Shown in pieces: positions 39,723-50,085 of a DNA stretch of 64,000 nucleotides. The DNA comes from an uncultured Verrucomicrobiae bacterium (GTDB lineage Bacteria; Verrucomicrobiota; Verrucomicrobiia; Chthoniobacterales; JAFAMB01). Both the position numbers and the translations under genes were made by a program. Where the stretch lies: the NCBI GenBank assembly GCA_963837955.1, contig CAWIPH010000002.1, positions 4,192,001 to 4,256,000 of the forward strand, written 5' to 3'. Each line of letters starts with the position of its first letter. Positions within the stretch are counted from its first letter, which is position 1. Under the pieces are notes generated by a model. The model did no database searches. It was not told the origin of the DNA and was given only the letters and a program-made list of their open reading frames with translations.

Positions 39723-40940
39723 CTAAGTTCGGAACATTCCGCTAAGTTTTCTGATTGCCCGGCTGAATAAACCACCTTCGAGTGGGCGATCGAGGTGACC
39801 TAAGTGCGCGTATTTCACTAAACCTAAAGCAGTCGCAAATTGAGGATTCTCGAATGCGGAAGTCACGCCGGCGAGCGGAAGCGCACTCGCTACTCGTGCT
39901 GGCATCCCGAAAATCTCGGACGCAAGGTCCTCCAAGCCGCGAATTTGACTCGATCCCCCGGTCAAAAGAACGCCCGCCCCAATGTAATGGAGATTTTGCT
40001 CGGTTTCGACGAGGCGTCGCACGATCTCTAGAATTTCTCGGATGCGCAGGTGCACTATTTGATTCACTAACTCGCGCTCTATTTCCCGCCCGGCGAATCC
40101 GGTTTCGTCTCGCAAGACAATGGTTTCTCCAGGAAACGCGGTTCCCAACATTACGCTTCCCTCTTCGGTCTTCAGCTTTTCCGCTCGGGTAGTCGGTATT
40201 TTTAATCCGATGCACATATCATTGGTGATATGGTCACCTCCCACAGCCAAAACCCCGCTCTGTTTCACCGCGCCATCCACATAGACTAAGAAATCGGTCG
40301 TTCCTCCGCCGATATCGATTACCAGAGCGCCAAGCTGCTTCTGCTGCTTGTCTAGCACCGCTTGGGCGGTTGCGAAGGAGTTGATCACGACATCCGCAGC
40401 GTCCAGCTCGAGCTCCTTCACGCAGCGAATCGCGTTTTGGATCCGCGTTCGGATACCATAAACGACATGAAAATCCGCCTCGAGTTTTTTCCCAAATAGT
40501 CCGACCGGGTTCAGCACACCATCCTGACCATCAACAAAGTAGTGCTGGATGATCGTATGGAGGATACAATCCTCGACTGGCAAGCTCACCTCGCGGGCGT
40601 TGGTTCGCACGTCCTCGAGGTCATGCTCGTCAATCTCTTCTCGGCCCTCTTCTACGAGCACAACTCCACGATTATTGAAACTCCGAATATGGCCGCCCGT
40701 AATCCCGAGATAAACCTCGCTGATTTCGACATCGCTTTTCTCTTCTGCGTCGACGATGGCATCGTGAACGCAGCGCTTAGCGGTTTCGAAATCAACGATC
40801 TCGCCTTTGCGTACCCCCCGCGACGGCGCATTGCCGACTCCCAAGATCTTGAGTGCTCCGTCGTGATGAGCTTCGGCAACAGCCACACAGATCTTCGATG
40901 TTCCTACTTCCAGTCCGACAAATATATTTTCTCTACCCAT
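39723..40940 (-). CDS. ftsA: Cell division protein FtsA
   Basis: GLEVGTSK, GVRKGEIVD, DIGGGTTD, GGDHITND, TGGSS, amphipathic C-terminus; ATG at 40940. Confidence 0.97.
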   Translation of the reverse strand: MGRENIFVGLEVGTSKICVAVAEAHHDGALKILGVGNAPSRGVRKGEIVDFETAKRCVHDAIVDAEEKSDVEISEVYLGITGGHIRSFNNRGVVLVEEGREEIDEHDLEDVRTNAREVSLPVEDCILHTIIQHYFVDGQDGVLNPVGLFGKKLEADFHVVYGIRTRIQNAIRCVKELELDAADVVINSFATAQAVLDKQQKQLGALVIDIGGGTTDFLVYVDGAVKQSGVLAVGGDHITNDMCIGLKIPTTRAEKLKTEEGSVMLGTAFPGETIVLRDETGFAGREIERELVNQIVHLRIREILEIVRRLVETEQNLHYIGAGVLLTGGSSQIRGLEDLASEIFGMPARVASALPLAGVTSAFENPQFATALGLVKYAHLGHLDRPLEGGLFSRAIRKLSGMFRT

Positions 40941-40941
40941 A

Positions 40942-41991
40942 TTATAATTTTCCAGCCACCGCTGTCTTTTTCGGTTGAGGAGTCTTTCCTCCGTGACCAT
41001 TCTTAAATGGCTTCACCGGCGGGTGTGTCGCCTCAGGATTTTCTTTGGTCAGTTCGGGCGGCTTAGTATCGGTTCCCGCGCCGGCATCCACCGATACAGG
41101 AGATACAAATGTGACCGGGATATTGCGCTGGACCATCAAGTTTACGGTTTGCAGCTCCCTGCTGTTTTTTTCACAATAATCCATTAATCGCTCGAGCCGC
41201 TTTATTTGCAGGACTAGGTCATCAGTACCAAACGTGATTACCGAACGCTGTTTGTCCGTAACGACCAAACAATATTCCCTGGAAACGTCGATGCTCTGGA
41301 TCTGGAGACGAGTCTGCAAAATCTCGGCCGCGTCTCGAAGCAATTCCAAAGCCGCTTTGACTTCCTCTTTATCCAGCGCTTGACCAGCCACTAAAGATGA
41401 GGTCTCCACACCCAAGATAACCGGCAGCCCAGCATATTCGGGTGCAGAAGCCTTGGGTTTAAGCAGGATGCCTCGCCGATCAACGAGAAAAGCAGTTTCA
41501 AAAACTGGCGGAAGGCTCCCATTGCCGGATGCAACTATCCAGGCTACCGGACGACGTTCTTGAATGCTGATCACCAACTTATTGGGAAGGACCCGTTGAA
41601 CTCTCGATTCCTCAACCTGCGGCAAACCTCGAAGTTGCTCCTGCACCTGCAGGAGATTCACTTCAAAAATGTTAGCACCTTCGGCGATGTTGGCGGTTTT
41701 GAGGATCGCATCCCTGGTTAGCTTACCGTCGGTTGTCACCTCAATATTGCGCACAGCATAATCCGGATTCTCGAAAAACCAGGCATTCAGGGCCCGCTTT
41801 GCCCCAAACGCGAGTCCAGCTACCGCCGAACCAAAAATGAGCAGCAGTGAAAAGAAAAAAAAGATCTGTTGGGTGCGACGAGCGGCAGCTTTTCGGGTTC
41901 GGACCCTTACATCTAGAAGGTGCTGTTGCCGTCGCTGCCGCGAGGTCGATACTCTTCGATTTTGCTTGCGCGGTTTCTTGTGGATTGTCAC
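40942..41991 (-). CDS. ftsQ: Cell division protein FtsQ/DivIB
   Basis: Basic N-terminus, single TM, POTRA (RVLPNKLVISIQERRPVA); GTG at 41991 preferred, start uncertain. Confidence 0.88.
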   Translation of the reverse strand: MTIHKKPRKQNRRVSTSRQRRQQHLLDVRVRTRKAAARRTQQIFFFFSLLLIFGSAVAGLAFGAKRALNAWFFENPDYAVRNIEVTTDGKLTRDAILKTANIAEGANIFEVNLLQVQEQLRGLPQVEESRVQRVLPNKLVISIQERRPVAWIVASGNGSLPPVFETAFLVDRRGILLKPKASAPEYAGLPVILGVETSSLVAGQALDKEEVKAALELLRDAAEILQTRLQIQSIDVSREYCLVVTDKQRSVITFGTDDLVLQIKRLERLMDYCEKNSRELQTVNLMVQRNIPVTFVSPVSVDAGAGTDTKPPELTKENPEATHPPVKPFKNGHGGKTPQPKKTAVAGKL

Positions 41992-42270
41992 TGCCAATTT
42001 TCCACGCTCCTTTCCCGAGATCGTTGCCGTCTCGCGATGGACAACTCGAATGGTGCGCAACAGAAACGCCCGGTCAGGTTAATTGCGCTTATCCTAACAA
42101 ATTTTAAGAAAAGGTCCAAGCTTTGCGATTCATAAATGCAAAATATTAGCAATCGATTGACCTTACTAACATCGAATCGTCCCTTGAACGCATTCGGGTT
42201 CTCGCGCCAACTCGAGCGCCGAGTTAACAACTCCAGACCAGGATCCGACATTGATATCAACGTAGTGGCG

Positions 42271-44562
42271 CTACACATCGTCTACTCCCACAACTTGCAC
42301 TTCGGTCTGCAGTTCTATGCCACGCTCGATTTTGGCCCTTGCTTGTATCTCTGAGATCAAACGGATGACATCGCGCGCCTTGGCTTCCCCTTCGTTAACA
42401 ATAAAATTGCCGTGAATCTCCGATACTCGCGCTGCCCCAACCGCTTTGTTCTTAAGTCCGAGCTCTTCGACGAGCTTGCCGGCCGGGCACTCAACCGGAT
42501 TTTTGAAAATGCAGCCTGCGCTCGCTGCAATCGGCTGGGTACTTCGCCTTTTCTGCTCAGCTAGATCAAGGCGTTCCTCGATTTCTTCGGGTTTGGCTGG
42601 CTTGCCCTTAAATACAGCGGACACAACGAACTGATCGCGCAAGGTTGGAACGTTTCGGTAATGCACCTCCATCGTTTCCGGCGTCAGAATTTCAAACTCA
42701 CCGCGCATATTCACTACCCGCACATTCACGACCTGCTGAAACGTTTCCGCACCCATAGCACCAGCGTTCATGCGCAGGCTGCCACCAACGCTTCCCGGGA
42801 TCCCTTCCATCCACTCGAATCCGCCGATTCTCGCTTGGCGAGCAGCACCGACTAGTTGCTTAAGCCGGACTCCCGCGCCGGCCTCGATTTCCAAATCGTT
42901 AATTTTCACGGCGGAGAAGTCACCCTTTGCCAGATGGATTACCACGCCGGGAATCCCGCCGTCGCGTACCAGTAAATTAGATCCTCGCCCAACGATCATG
43001 GCTGGCAGGCGATTGGCCGAGCAAAACCCGAGCACGTTCGCCAATCCCCCGTGCGTTTGGGGCTCCGCCCAGAACTGGGCGGGTCCGCCTACTCGCAAGG
43101 TAGTGTGCTGCGACATCGGCTCATAAAGAGTCACCGCTCCGGCCCCCATGGCCTCTCGAAGTTGCCGCGCGATCTCCAAATCTTGAACCAGCTTGGAAGC
43201 TTCCTCGTGAATATCCCCTGCTCCGAGGCTCAATAGGAGGTCGCCGGGACGGGCCGCACGAGCCAAGGCTCGATGCAGGCGCTCCCGTTTGGCAATGTAC
43301 TCGACCTGTGGCCGCCCCTGCTCCCGAATTGCATCGGTGATTGTCTCGCCGGAAACCCCCGGGATCGGCTCTTCGCTAGCGGCATAAACATCAGTAACAA
43401 AGACAAGATCCGCGGAGTTGAATGCCGCTCCAAACTCATTCCGAAGAGCTTGGGTCCGGGAGTAGCGGTGGGGCTGAAACATGACGACGATGCGCTTTCG
43501 CCCGATCCCCTGAGCGGTCCTAAGCGTTTCGCGAATTTCTGTCGGGTGATGGCCATAGTCGTCGACCACCAGAAACTCTTCGTTCTGCAGCTTCACTTCA
43601 AACCGTCGCCGCGCTCCGCGAAACGAGGCCAACGCTTCCGCTATTTTTGAAAATGCGACTCCAAGCTCTGTGGCCAGAGAGGCAACCGCTAGCGCATTGC
43701 TGATGTTATGTTTCCCGGGAACGCCCAGATCGATCTCACCGAGTCGGGTGTCCCGATGCCATATCTCGAACCGCGAGCCGAAATCCGTCGCAATCACTCT
43801 ATCGAAACGGTAGATGGCAGAGCGATCCTCTCCGTAACTGATGGCGTTCGGAAGTTTCCCGCACAATCGAGCAGCGTGCAGGTCGTCCGCACAGAAAAGA
43901 ATATTGCCTCCGGTCTGGGCGATTAACTGGAGAAACACGCGATCGATCGCCGCCAGATCCGGGTAGTAATCCAGATGCTCGAGCTCCACGTTGAGAATGA
44001 TCGCGTATTTGGGGTGATAGAGTCGCAGGGTGCCATCACTCTCGTCTCCTTCCGCCACAAAGTGTTTTCCGGTTGGATCCCAATGCGCGTTGGTGCCAAG
44101 AATTGGAATTTCGGCGCCGACATAGTGCGACGGATGTAGGCCACCGACCCGAAGGACGTGAGCAGCCATCGCGGAAGTAGTCGTTTTTCCGTGCATTCCG
44201 GCAATCACTATCCCTTCGCGGATCGCCATGATTGCGGCTAACGCCTCCGCCCGCCTGACCATCCATAAATTCAATCGAAGTGCTTCGTCGTAGGCCGGGT
44301 TTCCTGCCCGGATCGCAGAAGAATGAATCACCAGTTCCGCTCCGTGAACGGTTTCGGCCGTTTGCGGGAGATGAAATTGGAGACCGGCTGCTTCCAGGCG
44401 TCTTGTCTCTAGCGAGCTGACGCGATCGCTACCGCTTACCTCATGGCCCAACGCCAGAACTAGTCCGGCGATTCCACTCATCCCGCTCCCGGCCACACCG
44501 ATCAGATGTATTCTCTTTGGCGGTGCCAGGAGCAGCTGTTGCAGTTGTTCTTGGTTCCTCAT
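42271..44562 (-). CDS. murC-murB: Fused UDP-MurNAc-L-Ala ligase / UDP-N-acetylenolpyruvoylglucosamine reductase (MurC-MurB)
   Basis: MurC motifs GVAGSGMS, HGKTTT, EGDESDG, DDYGHHPTE, FQPHRYSR, then MurB motifs GRGSNLL, GIPGSVGG, MNAGA, AGCIFKNP, HGNF in one 763-aa ORF. Confidence 0.96.
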   Translation of the reverse strand: MRNQEQLQQLLLAPPKRIHLIGVAGSGMSGIAGLVLALGHEVSGSDRVSSLETRRLEAAGLQFHLPQTAETVHGAELVIHSSAIRAGNPAYDEALRLNLWMVRRAEALAAIMAIREGIVIAGMHGKTTTSAMAAHVLRVGGLHPSHYVGAEIPILGTNAHWDPTGKHFVAEGDESDGTLRLYHPKYAIILNVELEHLDYYPDLAAIDRVFLQLIAQTGGNILFCADDLHAARLCGKLPNAISYGEDRSAIYRFDRVIATDFGSRFEIWHRDTRLGEIDLGVPGKHNISNALAVASLATELGVAFSKIAEALASFRGARRRFEVKLQNEEFLVVDDYGHHPTEIRETLRTAQGIGRKRIVVMFQPHRYSRTQALRNEFGAAFNSADLVFVTDVYAASEEPIPGVSGETITDAIREQGRPQVEYIAKRERLHRALARAARPGDLLLSLGAGDIHEEASKLVQDLEIARQLREAMGAGAVTLYEPMSQHTTLRVGGPAQFWAEPQTHGGLANVLGFCSANRLPAMIVGRGSNLLVRDGGIPGVVIHLAKGDFSAVKINDLEIEAGAGVRLKQLVGAARQARIGGFEWMEGIPGSVGGSLRMNAGAMGAETFQQVVNVRVVNMRGEFEILTPETMEVHYRNVPTLRDQFVVSAVFKGKPAKPEEIEERLDLAEQKRRSTQPIAASAGCIFKNPVECPAGKLVEELGLKNKAVGAARVSEIHGNFIVNEGEAKARDVIRLISEIQARAKIERGIELQTEVQVVGVDDV

Positions 44563-45644
44563 TCGACCTTTGCCTCTAAGAGATCAGCAATCTTGCTTGC
44601 TGCATCAGGCACGGCCATCGATCGCATTTTCTCCCCCATCGATCGGCGGCGTTTAGGGTCCGAGAGCAATTCCTCGATCAAGTTGCCTAGAGTCTCACCG
44701 TTGGCATGCGCGCCCTCCAGAACTTCGGCAGCATTATCCCGACTGAATATCGCTGCATTCAAAGATTGGTGATTGTCGGTCGCAAACGGATACGGAATCA
44801 AAATCGTTGGCAGTCCAAAGTAGGAAATCTCACTCAGACTGGCGGCTCCCGAGCGAGCAACGATTAGATCAGCCGCTCCGTAAACGTCTTCCATTTGGTA
44901 ATGGAAAGCGGCAACAAAGGCCGGAATTCCCTCTTGCTGATACCGATCATAAACGAACTGATGATCTTCTCGTCCGGTTAAATGGATAAATTGCACCGGT
45001 TTCAGCGCCAGTTTATGCAGAGCCGCGACTACTGCCTCGTTAATGCCGTGCGCTCCCTGGCTGCCGCCGATGATTGCCACGGTCTGTAATCCGGGCTTTA
45101 GACGAAGGTTTCTTGCCGTGCTCTCTCGGTCAACAGTACTCCGCAGACTGGTTCGAATCGGTGTACCAGTAACTTGGTATGGTTTCTCGGGGAAGTATTT
45201 CCCGCACTCGGCAAAACCTAGAAGAACTGTATCTGCGAGTTTCGCATTGATTCGATTCGCTTTCCCCGGAATCGCGTTCGATTCGTGGATGAAGGTCGGC
45301 TTTTTGAGCAAGCGCCCGGCCAAGATCGGTGCCGTAGAGGTAAATCCACCCATGCCAAGTATGGCTGATGGCTGCCAAGACCGAAAAAGTTTCAAGCAGG
45401 TGAGAAACCCGCTGATGAATTTCGATGCAAAAGGGAATATTGTCGGCGACCAGATCGAAGGCATCCCAATCGACGCAATCCTTTTGATTTCGAAATCGTT
45501 GCGGTCTCGGACCGCTATAGCGTCAATCTGCTTTTCGGAAATGAGGAGCAAAACCTCATGCCCGCGATCTCGAAGAATCTCGGCAACAGCCAACCCTGGG
45601 AACAGGTGACCACCGGTTCCACCACATGCAATCGCAAATTTCAT
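44559..45644 (-). CDS. murG: Lipid II GlcNAc transferase
   Basis: GGTGGHLFP, GGF, HESN, GGSQGA, RSGA, HQSLNA. Confidence 0.98.
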   Translation of the reverse strand: MKFAIACGGTGGHLFPGLAVAEILRDRGHEVLLLISEKQIDAIAVRDRNDFEIKRIASIGMPSIWSPTIFPFASKFISGFLTCLKLFRSWQPSAILGMGGFTSTAPILAGRLLKKPTFIHESNAIPGKANRINAKLADTVLLGFAECGKYFPEKPYQVTGTPIRTSLRSTVDRESTARNLRLKPGLQTVAIIGGSQGAHGINEAVVAALHKLALKPVQFIHLTGREDHQFVYDRYQQEGIPAFVAAFHYQMEDVYGAADLIVARSGAASLSEISYFGLPTILIPYPFATDNHQSLNAAIFSRDNAAEVLEGAHANGETLGNLIEELLSDPKRRRSMGEKMRSMAVPDAASKIADLLEAKVE

Positions 45645-45655
45645 GAAAATTGAAT

Positions 45656-46801
45656 CTAGAATTCAGAAAGATGTCGCACCCGGACCATCATCTCGGTCTG
45701 CCCGCTTCCTCGCTCTTCTTTTCCCTGTCGATAGATATTGATTAGAATACCGACGCAGATAAGACAAAAAAACAGGTTCGACCCTCCATAGCTAATAAAA
45801 GGTAGCGGTAAGCCTTTATTCGGCAGAAGCGAAGTGGTCACACCAATATTGACCAACGCTTGGAGGCCGACCATGAGCGTGCAACCGAACCCCAATAGCA
45901 TACCGAATCGGTCCTTTGCATTGAGCGCAATGAGTGTACCGGCGGTAAGTATCAGCAGATAACAGAACACGATTATTAGCGTCACGCGTAGCCCTAATTC
46001 CTCGCCGATGACCGGGAAAATGAAATCTGTGTGCGCGTATGGTAGGTACGACATTTTTTGCCGACCATTACCCAAACCCAGACCCTCGATTCCGCCGGAA
46101 CCGAATGCGATCAGACTCATGAACTGCTGGTGGCCTTCAGTTTTTTCGTACTGATCGGGATGCATGAATGCCAGGAGACGGCCTTGGCGTTCCGAAATAC
46201 GCCAGGCCAAGCCCAGGATACTACCCACACCAATCGCTACCATCAGACCTAAGTATCGGGAGCTTGCGCCCGCGATGAACATCATCAGGAGCACCGTTGT
46301 GCCGATCAGCGTGGTCGAACCAAGGTCGGTTTCGGCGGCGATTGGAACCAGTAAAACAGCGATAACCGATAACGGAGCAACAATCCCAGGAAGTAGTTTA
46401 TGCTGGACTCGCTCAAATTTGGAGAACCACCATCCGATAAAGACGATCGCGCCAAACTTTGCCAATTCAGATGGTTGGAAAGTTAAGGAGCCGACCTGAA
46501 TCCAGCGCGACGATCCGTTGAGGCGTAATCCGATCGGATGAATGAAGCAGAGAACAAGCAGAATGACGGACAGGCCTAACCAAATCATCCAGCTTTTCTG
46601 CCACCAGTGATAATCAATCAGGGCGCAAGCGATAGCACCGATAAAGCCGATCCCAAGCCAAAAGCTTTGTCTCTTTAGAAAACGGAATTGATCGCCGTGA
46701 CTATCCGCCGCAAACGCGCCGGTACTAAATAACATCACGATGCCGATCGAAACTAAAACCGCAACCGCCAAGAACAAAATGTAAGCGCTCTGTCTATGCA
46801 T
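45656..46801 (-). CDS. ftsW: SEDS peptidoglycan polymerase FtsW
   Basis: RWI, FQPSELAK, HTDFIF, GEELG, LPFISYGGS; dcw context. Confidence 0.96.
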   Translation of the reverse strand: MHRQSAYILFLAVAVLVSIGIVMLFSTGAFAADSHGDQFRFLKRQSFWLGIGFIGAIACALIDYHWWQKSWMIWLGLSVILLVLCFIHPIGLRLNGSSRWIQVGSLTFQPSELAKFGAIVFIGWWFSKFERVQHKLLPGIVAPLSVIAVLLVPIAAETDLGSTTLIGTTVLLMMFIAGASSRYLGLMVAIGVGSILGLAWRISERQGRLLAFMHPDQYEKTEGHQQFMSLIAFGSGGIEGLGLGNGRQKMSYLPYAHTDFIFPVIGEELGLRVTLIIVFCYLLILTAGTLIALNAKDRFGMLLGFGCTLMVGLQALVNIGVTTSLLPNKGLPLPFISYGGSNLFFCLICVGILINIYRQGKEERGSGQTEMMVRVRHLSEF

Positions 46802-46946
46802 GGTAAATTGAGCCTAATCTGGATAGGACGGGCGCACTGCCGGTCCAACATAGCCTATTAGATTTCTGATGTAATATGCTTGGACTTGGCGACATTGGAT
46901 CCTCGTAACACGACCCACCTCGGCCGGTCGCGTGCGAAGATGGCTG

Positions 46947-47657
46947 CTAGTCGATTTTAGATGGGATCTGCAGTCGTTGACCAATTTGCAATTTTCTTGG
47001 GTCGTCGATGTTGTTTATTTTGAGGAGATCGGCCGAGTTCACTTTCAGTTTCTTGGCTATTGAAGCAGGCGTGTCCCCTCGCTGGATGACATAATATTTT
47101 TCCGCCTCGGATGCTCCCGTAGTCTGATTAGGCGTATTTTTGTTGTCTTTTGATTCCAATAATTTTTGGACGTCGGACGGCATCGATCTGGTAGTCGATT
47201 TCTCGGGAATGATTAACTCTCGGCCCGGCATGAGTGGCACGCCGGATCGTAGATTGTTCGCTTGTTCCAGATCGTGCGTGGTTAATCCGAATTGCACCGC
47301 GATTCCAGCTAATGTATCGCCATTGCGCACCTTATATATACCGCCTGCCGGCGGCGTCGATTCTTTGCTATTCGGTTTACTTGCGACCGGAGTCCCTGTC
47401 GGGTTAGTCGTTTGTTTCGTCACCTCAGCTTTGGCCACAGCGGTCGGCTGTTGTCGATCTTTCAGAGCACTGAACGCAAAAATGCCGCCCACTGCTACGA
47501 CGTGTAACAAGAGCACCACCACAAAAGCGCGCGACAATTTTACGTTTGGTTCTTCGACGACATACTCATCCTCGGCGTACTTCCCCACCATGCGCGGCGC
47601 GGCGGCTCGCAATTGTTTCCGAGGGGTTCTCCGAAGTGTCCGTTTAACCATTTTCAC
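46947..47657 (-). CDS. Membrane-anchored protein with two LysM domains
   Basis: One TM helix; YKVRNGDTLAGIA and YVIQRGDTPASIA...LQIGQRLQIP. Confidence 0.92.
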   Translation of the reverse strand: MKMVKRTLRRTPRKQLRAAAPRMVGKYAEDEYVVEEPNVKLSRAFVVVLLLHVVAVGGIFAFSALKDRQQPTAVAKAEVTKQTTNPTGTPVASKPNSKESTPPAGGIYKVRNGDTLAGIAVQFGLTTHDLEQANNLRSGVPLMPGRELIIPEKSTTRSMPSDVQKLLESKDNKNTPNQTTGASEAEKYYVIQRGDTPASIAKKLKVNSADLLKINNIDDPRKLQIGQRLQIPSKID

Positions 47658-48976
47658 GTTGTTAGTTCCTTCACGAGTTGGCGGAATTGGTTTCCGCGAT
47701 CGGCATAGTTCTTAAACATGTCGAAAGAAGAGGTTCCCGGAGAGAAGAGAACGGTGTCTCCCGGACGAGCATATTTTCTGGCCGTGGTCACCGCGTCACC
47801 AAGCGTCTGAACGCGATGGCAAGGCACGTACTTTGACCAAGTCTTTTCAATTCGCTCTGCCATCTCGCCTAGCAAGACAGCGTGTTTCACCCGTCGCTCG
47901 ACCAGCGCCACAATCGAATCGAACTCGAATCCTTTGTCTTTACCTCCGGCAATGAGAATAACCGGTTGGGGTGCTGATTCGAGGGCCTTGACTAACGCGT
48001 CCAGGTTTGTGGCCTTCGAATCGTTGACAAAACTAACTCCATTCACTACACCGACAGGCTCACAACGATGAGGTAGTAATCTGTATTGTCGCAGACCCTT
48101 GGTTGCTGCCTCCCAGGGAACACCCAGCGCGTGTGCGACCCCGAGTGCAGCCATCAGATTCTCGGTGTTATGGACTCCCGAAAGTTGAGTATCTTCCAGC
48201 GCAAGAGTCGGCTCTCCCTGGAAATAAATAACACTGTCTCGGCAGAAGAAATCAGCGGTTTCAGTATAGGCACTAAAGGAAATTCGCTGAGCCGGCAAAG
48301 TTGGAAATGAATCCTGAGCATTCACGATCGCAAAGTCCTCTGGTTTCTGACGTTCGAAGATTCGAAGCTTGGCTGAGCGGTATTCCTCAAGGTGCGCATA
48401 CCGGTCTAGGTGATCCGGAGTGAAATTTAACCAGACGGCAACCTCTGGCCGAAATTGCGAGATGGTCTCCAATTGGAATGAGCTCACCTCAACCGTAAAG
48501 ATATCAATTCCAGCTTGAAGCGTAATCGCTTCGGAGAAGGGCATCCCGATGTTGCCGCACGCTACCGTCCGTTTGCCAGCACCATTCAACATTGCTTCAA
48601 CGAGTTGGGTCGTTGTCGTTTTGCCATTCGTTCCGGTGATTGCCACGATGGGCTTGCGGCAAAAACGATAGGCCAACTCCAATTCTCCTGTAAATGTCGC
48701 TCCGCGTCGCCGGAAGTTCTGGACCAACTCAACTTGGGGATCGATCCCAGGACTGAGAACGATCAAGTCGGATTGAACATTCGCTCGCTCGGCTTCTTTG
48801 CCCAAAATTGTTTGAACACCAAGCCGGTTAAGCTGATCTGCTTTCTCCCTTAAGGTAGTTGCTTCGGCGCTGTCCAAGACCGTGACTTCTGCACCTTCCC
48901 GACGAAGCAGTCTGGCCGCAGCTTCTCCGCTGGTTCCCAATCCCAAAACAACCGCCGTGGTGCGTTCCAAATTCAT
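47654..48976 (-). CDS. murD: UDP-MurNAc-L-Ala:D-Glu ligase
   Basis: SPGI, ITGTNGKTTTT, EVSSFQLE, DHLDRY, NDSKATN; ATG at 48976. Confidence 0.98.
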   Translation of the reverse strand: MNLERTTAVVLGLGTSGEAAARLLRREGAEVTVLDSAEATTLREKADQLNRLGVQTILGKEAERANVQSDLIVLSPGIDPQVELVQNFRRRGATFTGELELAYRFCRKPIVAITGTNGKTTTTQLVEAMLNGAGKRTVACGNIGMPFSEAITLQAGIDIFTVEVSSFQLETISQFRPEVAVWLNFTPDHLDRYAHLEEYRSAKLRIFERQKPEDFAIVNAQDSFPTLPAQRISFSAYTETADFFCRDSVIYFQGEPTLALEDTQLSGVHNTENLMAALGVAHALGVPWEAATKGLRQYRLLPHRCEPVGVVNGVSFVNDSKATNLDALVKALESAPQPVILIAGGKDKGFEFDSIVALVERRVKHAVLLGEMAERIEKTWSKYVPCHRVQTLGDAVTTARKYARPGDTVLFSPGTSSFDMFKNYADRGNQFRQLVKELTT

Positions 48977-50085
48977 CGCAATTTCAGAGTGGCTAGACCG
49001 AGGAGCGCGAACATCAGGGACATAATCCAAAACCGGACAATCACCGTGTTCTCCTTCCAGCCCTTCAACTCAAAATGATGATGGAGCGGCGCCATCAGCA
49101 GCACTCGCTTGCCGCGAGTCTTGAAGCTAACGACCTGGAAAATCACCGATACGGCTTCTATGACAAAGACGCCACCGACCACAGCCAGGAGAAGCTCTTG
49201 TTTACAACAGATCGCGACCACTCCAAGTGTGCTCCCGATCGAGAGCGATCCGGTATCGCCCATGAAGACTCTCGCCGGGTGACAATTAAACCAAAGAAAC
49301 CCTAGTCCGGCGCCAGCTAGCGCCGTGCAGACGATCGTCAATTCAGAGCTCTGGCGGTAATAGGGAAGATCAAGATAAGTGGCGACTGCGACGTTCCCCG
49401 CAGCATAAGCCAAAATCGCGTACGTTGATGCCGCCGTAACGGTACATCCTGCGGCTAACCCGTCGAGGCCATCAGTCAGGTTGACCGCATTGGAACAGCC
49501 AACAATAACGAAGGCAAAAAAGAACAGAGTAAACCACCCTAAATTATCGATAATCGGCTCCTTAAAGAACGGGATGAATAGTTCTTTGGCTTGGATCTCG
49601 AGAGCGGGGTTCAATAAGAAGAAAAGGGTAACGATCAGCGCGAGCAGGAACTGGCAAAGCAATTTCACTCGGCCTGGCACTCCCGCGGATTTTTTCTTGG
49701 TGACCTTCAGGTAGTCATCAACAAACCCGAGCGCAGCAGTGGACACGATCGTAAACAGGCAGAGCCAGATAAAGCTGTTGTCCAATCGCGCCCAAAACAG
49801 CGTGGAAACCGCCACCGAGCCCATGAGGAGAACTCCTCCCATCGTCGGAGTCCCTTTCTTCGCACCGTGCAACTCGTGGAGACGATGAACTTCTTCCGCC
49901 GTTCGTATCGGTTGCCCGAACTTCAAAGAGGTCAATTTTCGGATCACTTGGCTCCCGAAAACGATGCAGAGCAAGAACGCTGTGATCGCAGCACACACCG
50001 CCCGAAACGAGATATATTGAAATACATTAAATCCCGTATTGAGGATGTGCGGAGGCAAACTCAAATAGTAGAGGTAGTACATCAT
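48973..50085 (-). CDS. mraY: Phospho-MurNAc-pentapeptide translocase
   Basis: KKGTPTMGG, DDYLK, NAVNLTDGLDG, FMGDTGS, APLHHHFE. Confidence 0.98.
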   Translation of the reverse strand: MMYYLYYLSLPPHILNTGFNVFQYISFRAVCAAITAFLLCIVFGSQVIRKLTSLKFGQPIRTAEEVHRLHELHGAKKGTPTMGGVLLMGSVAVSTLFWARLDNSFIWLCLFTIVSTAALGFVDDYLKVTKKKSAGVPGRVKLLCQFLLALIVTLFFLLNPALEIQAKELFIPFFKEPIIDNLGWFTLFFFAFVIVGCSNAVNLTDGLDGLAAGCTVTAASTYAILAYAAGNVAVATYLDLPYYRQSSELTIVCTALAGAGLGFLWFNCHPARVFMGDTGSLSIGSTLGVVAICCKQELLLAVVGGVFVIEAVSVIFQVVSFKTRGKRVLLMAPLHHHFELKGWKENTVIVRFWIMSLMFALLGLATLKLR

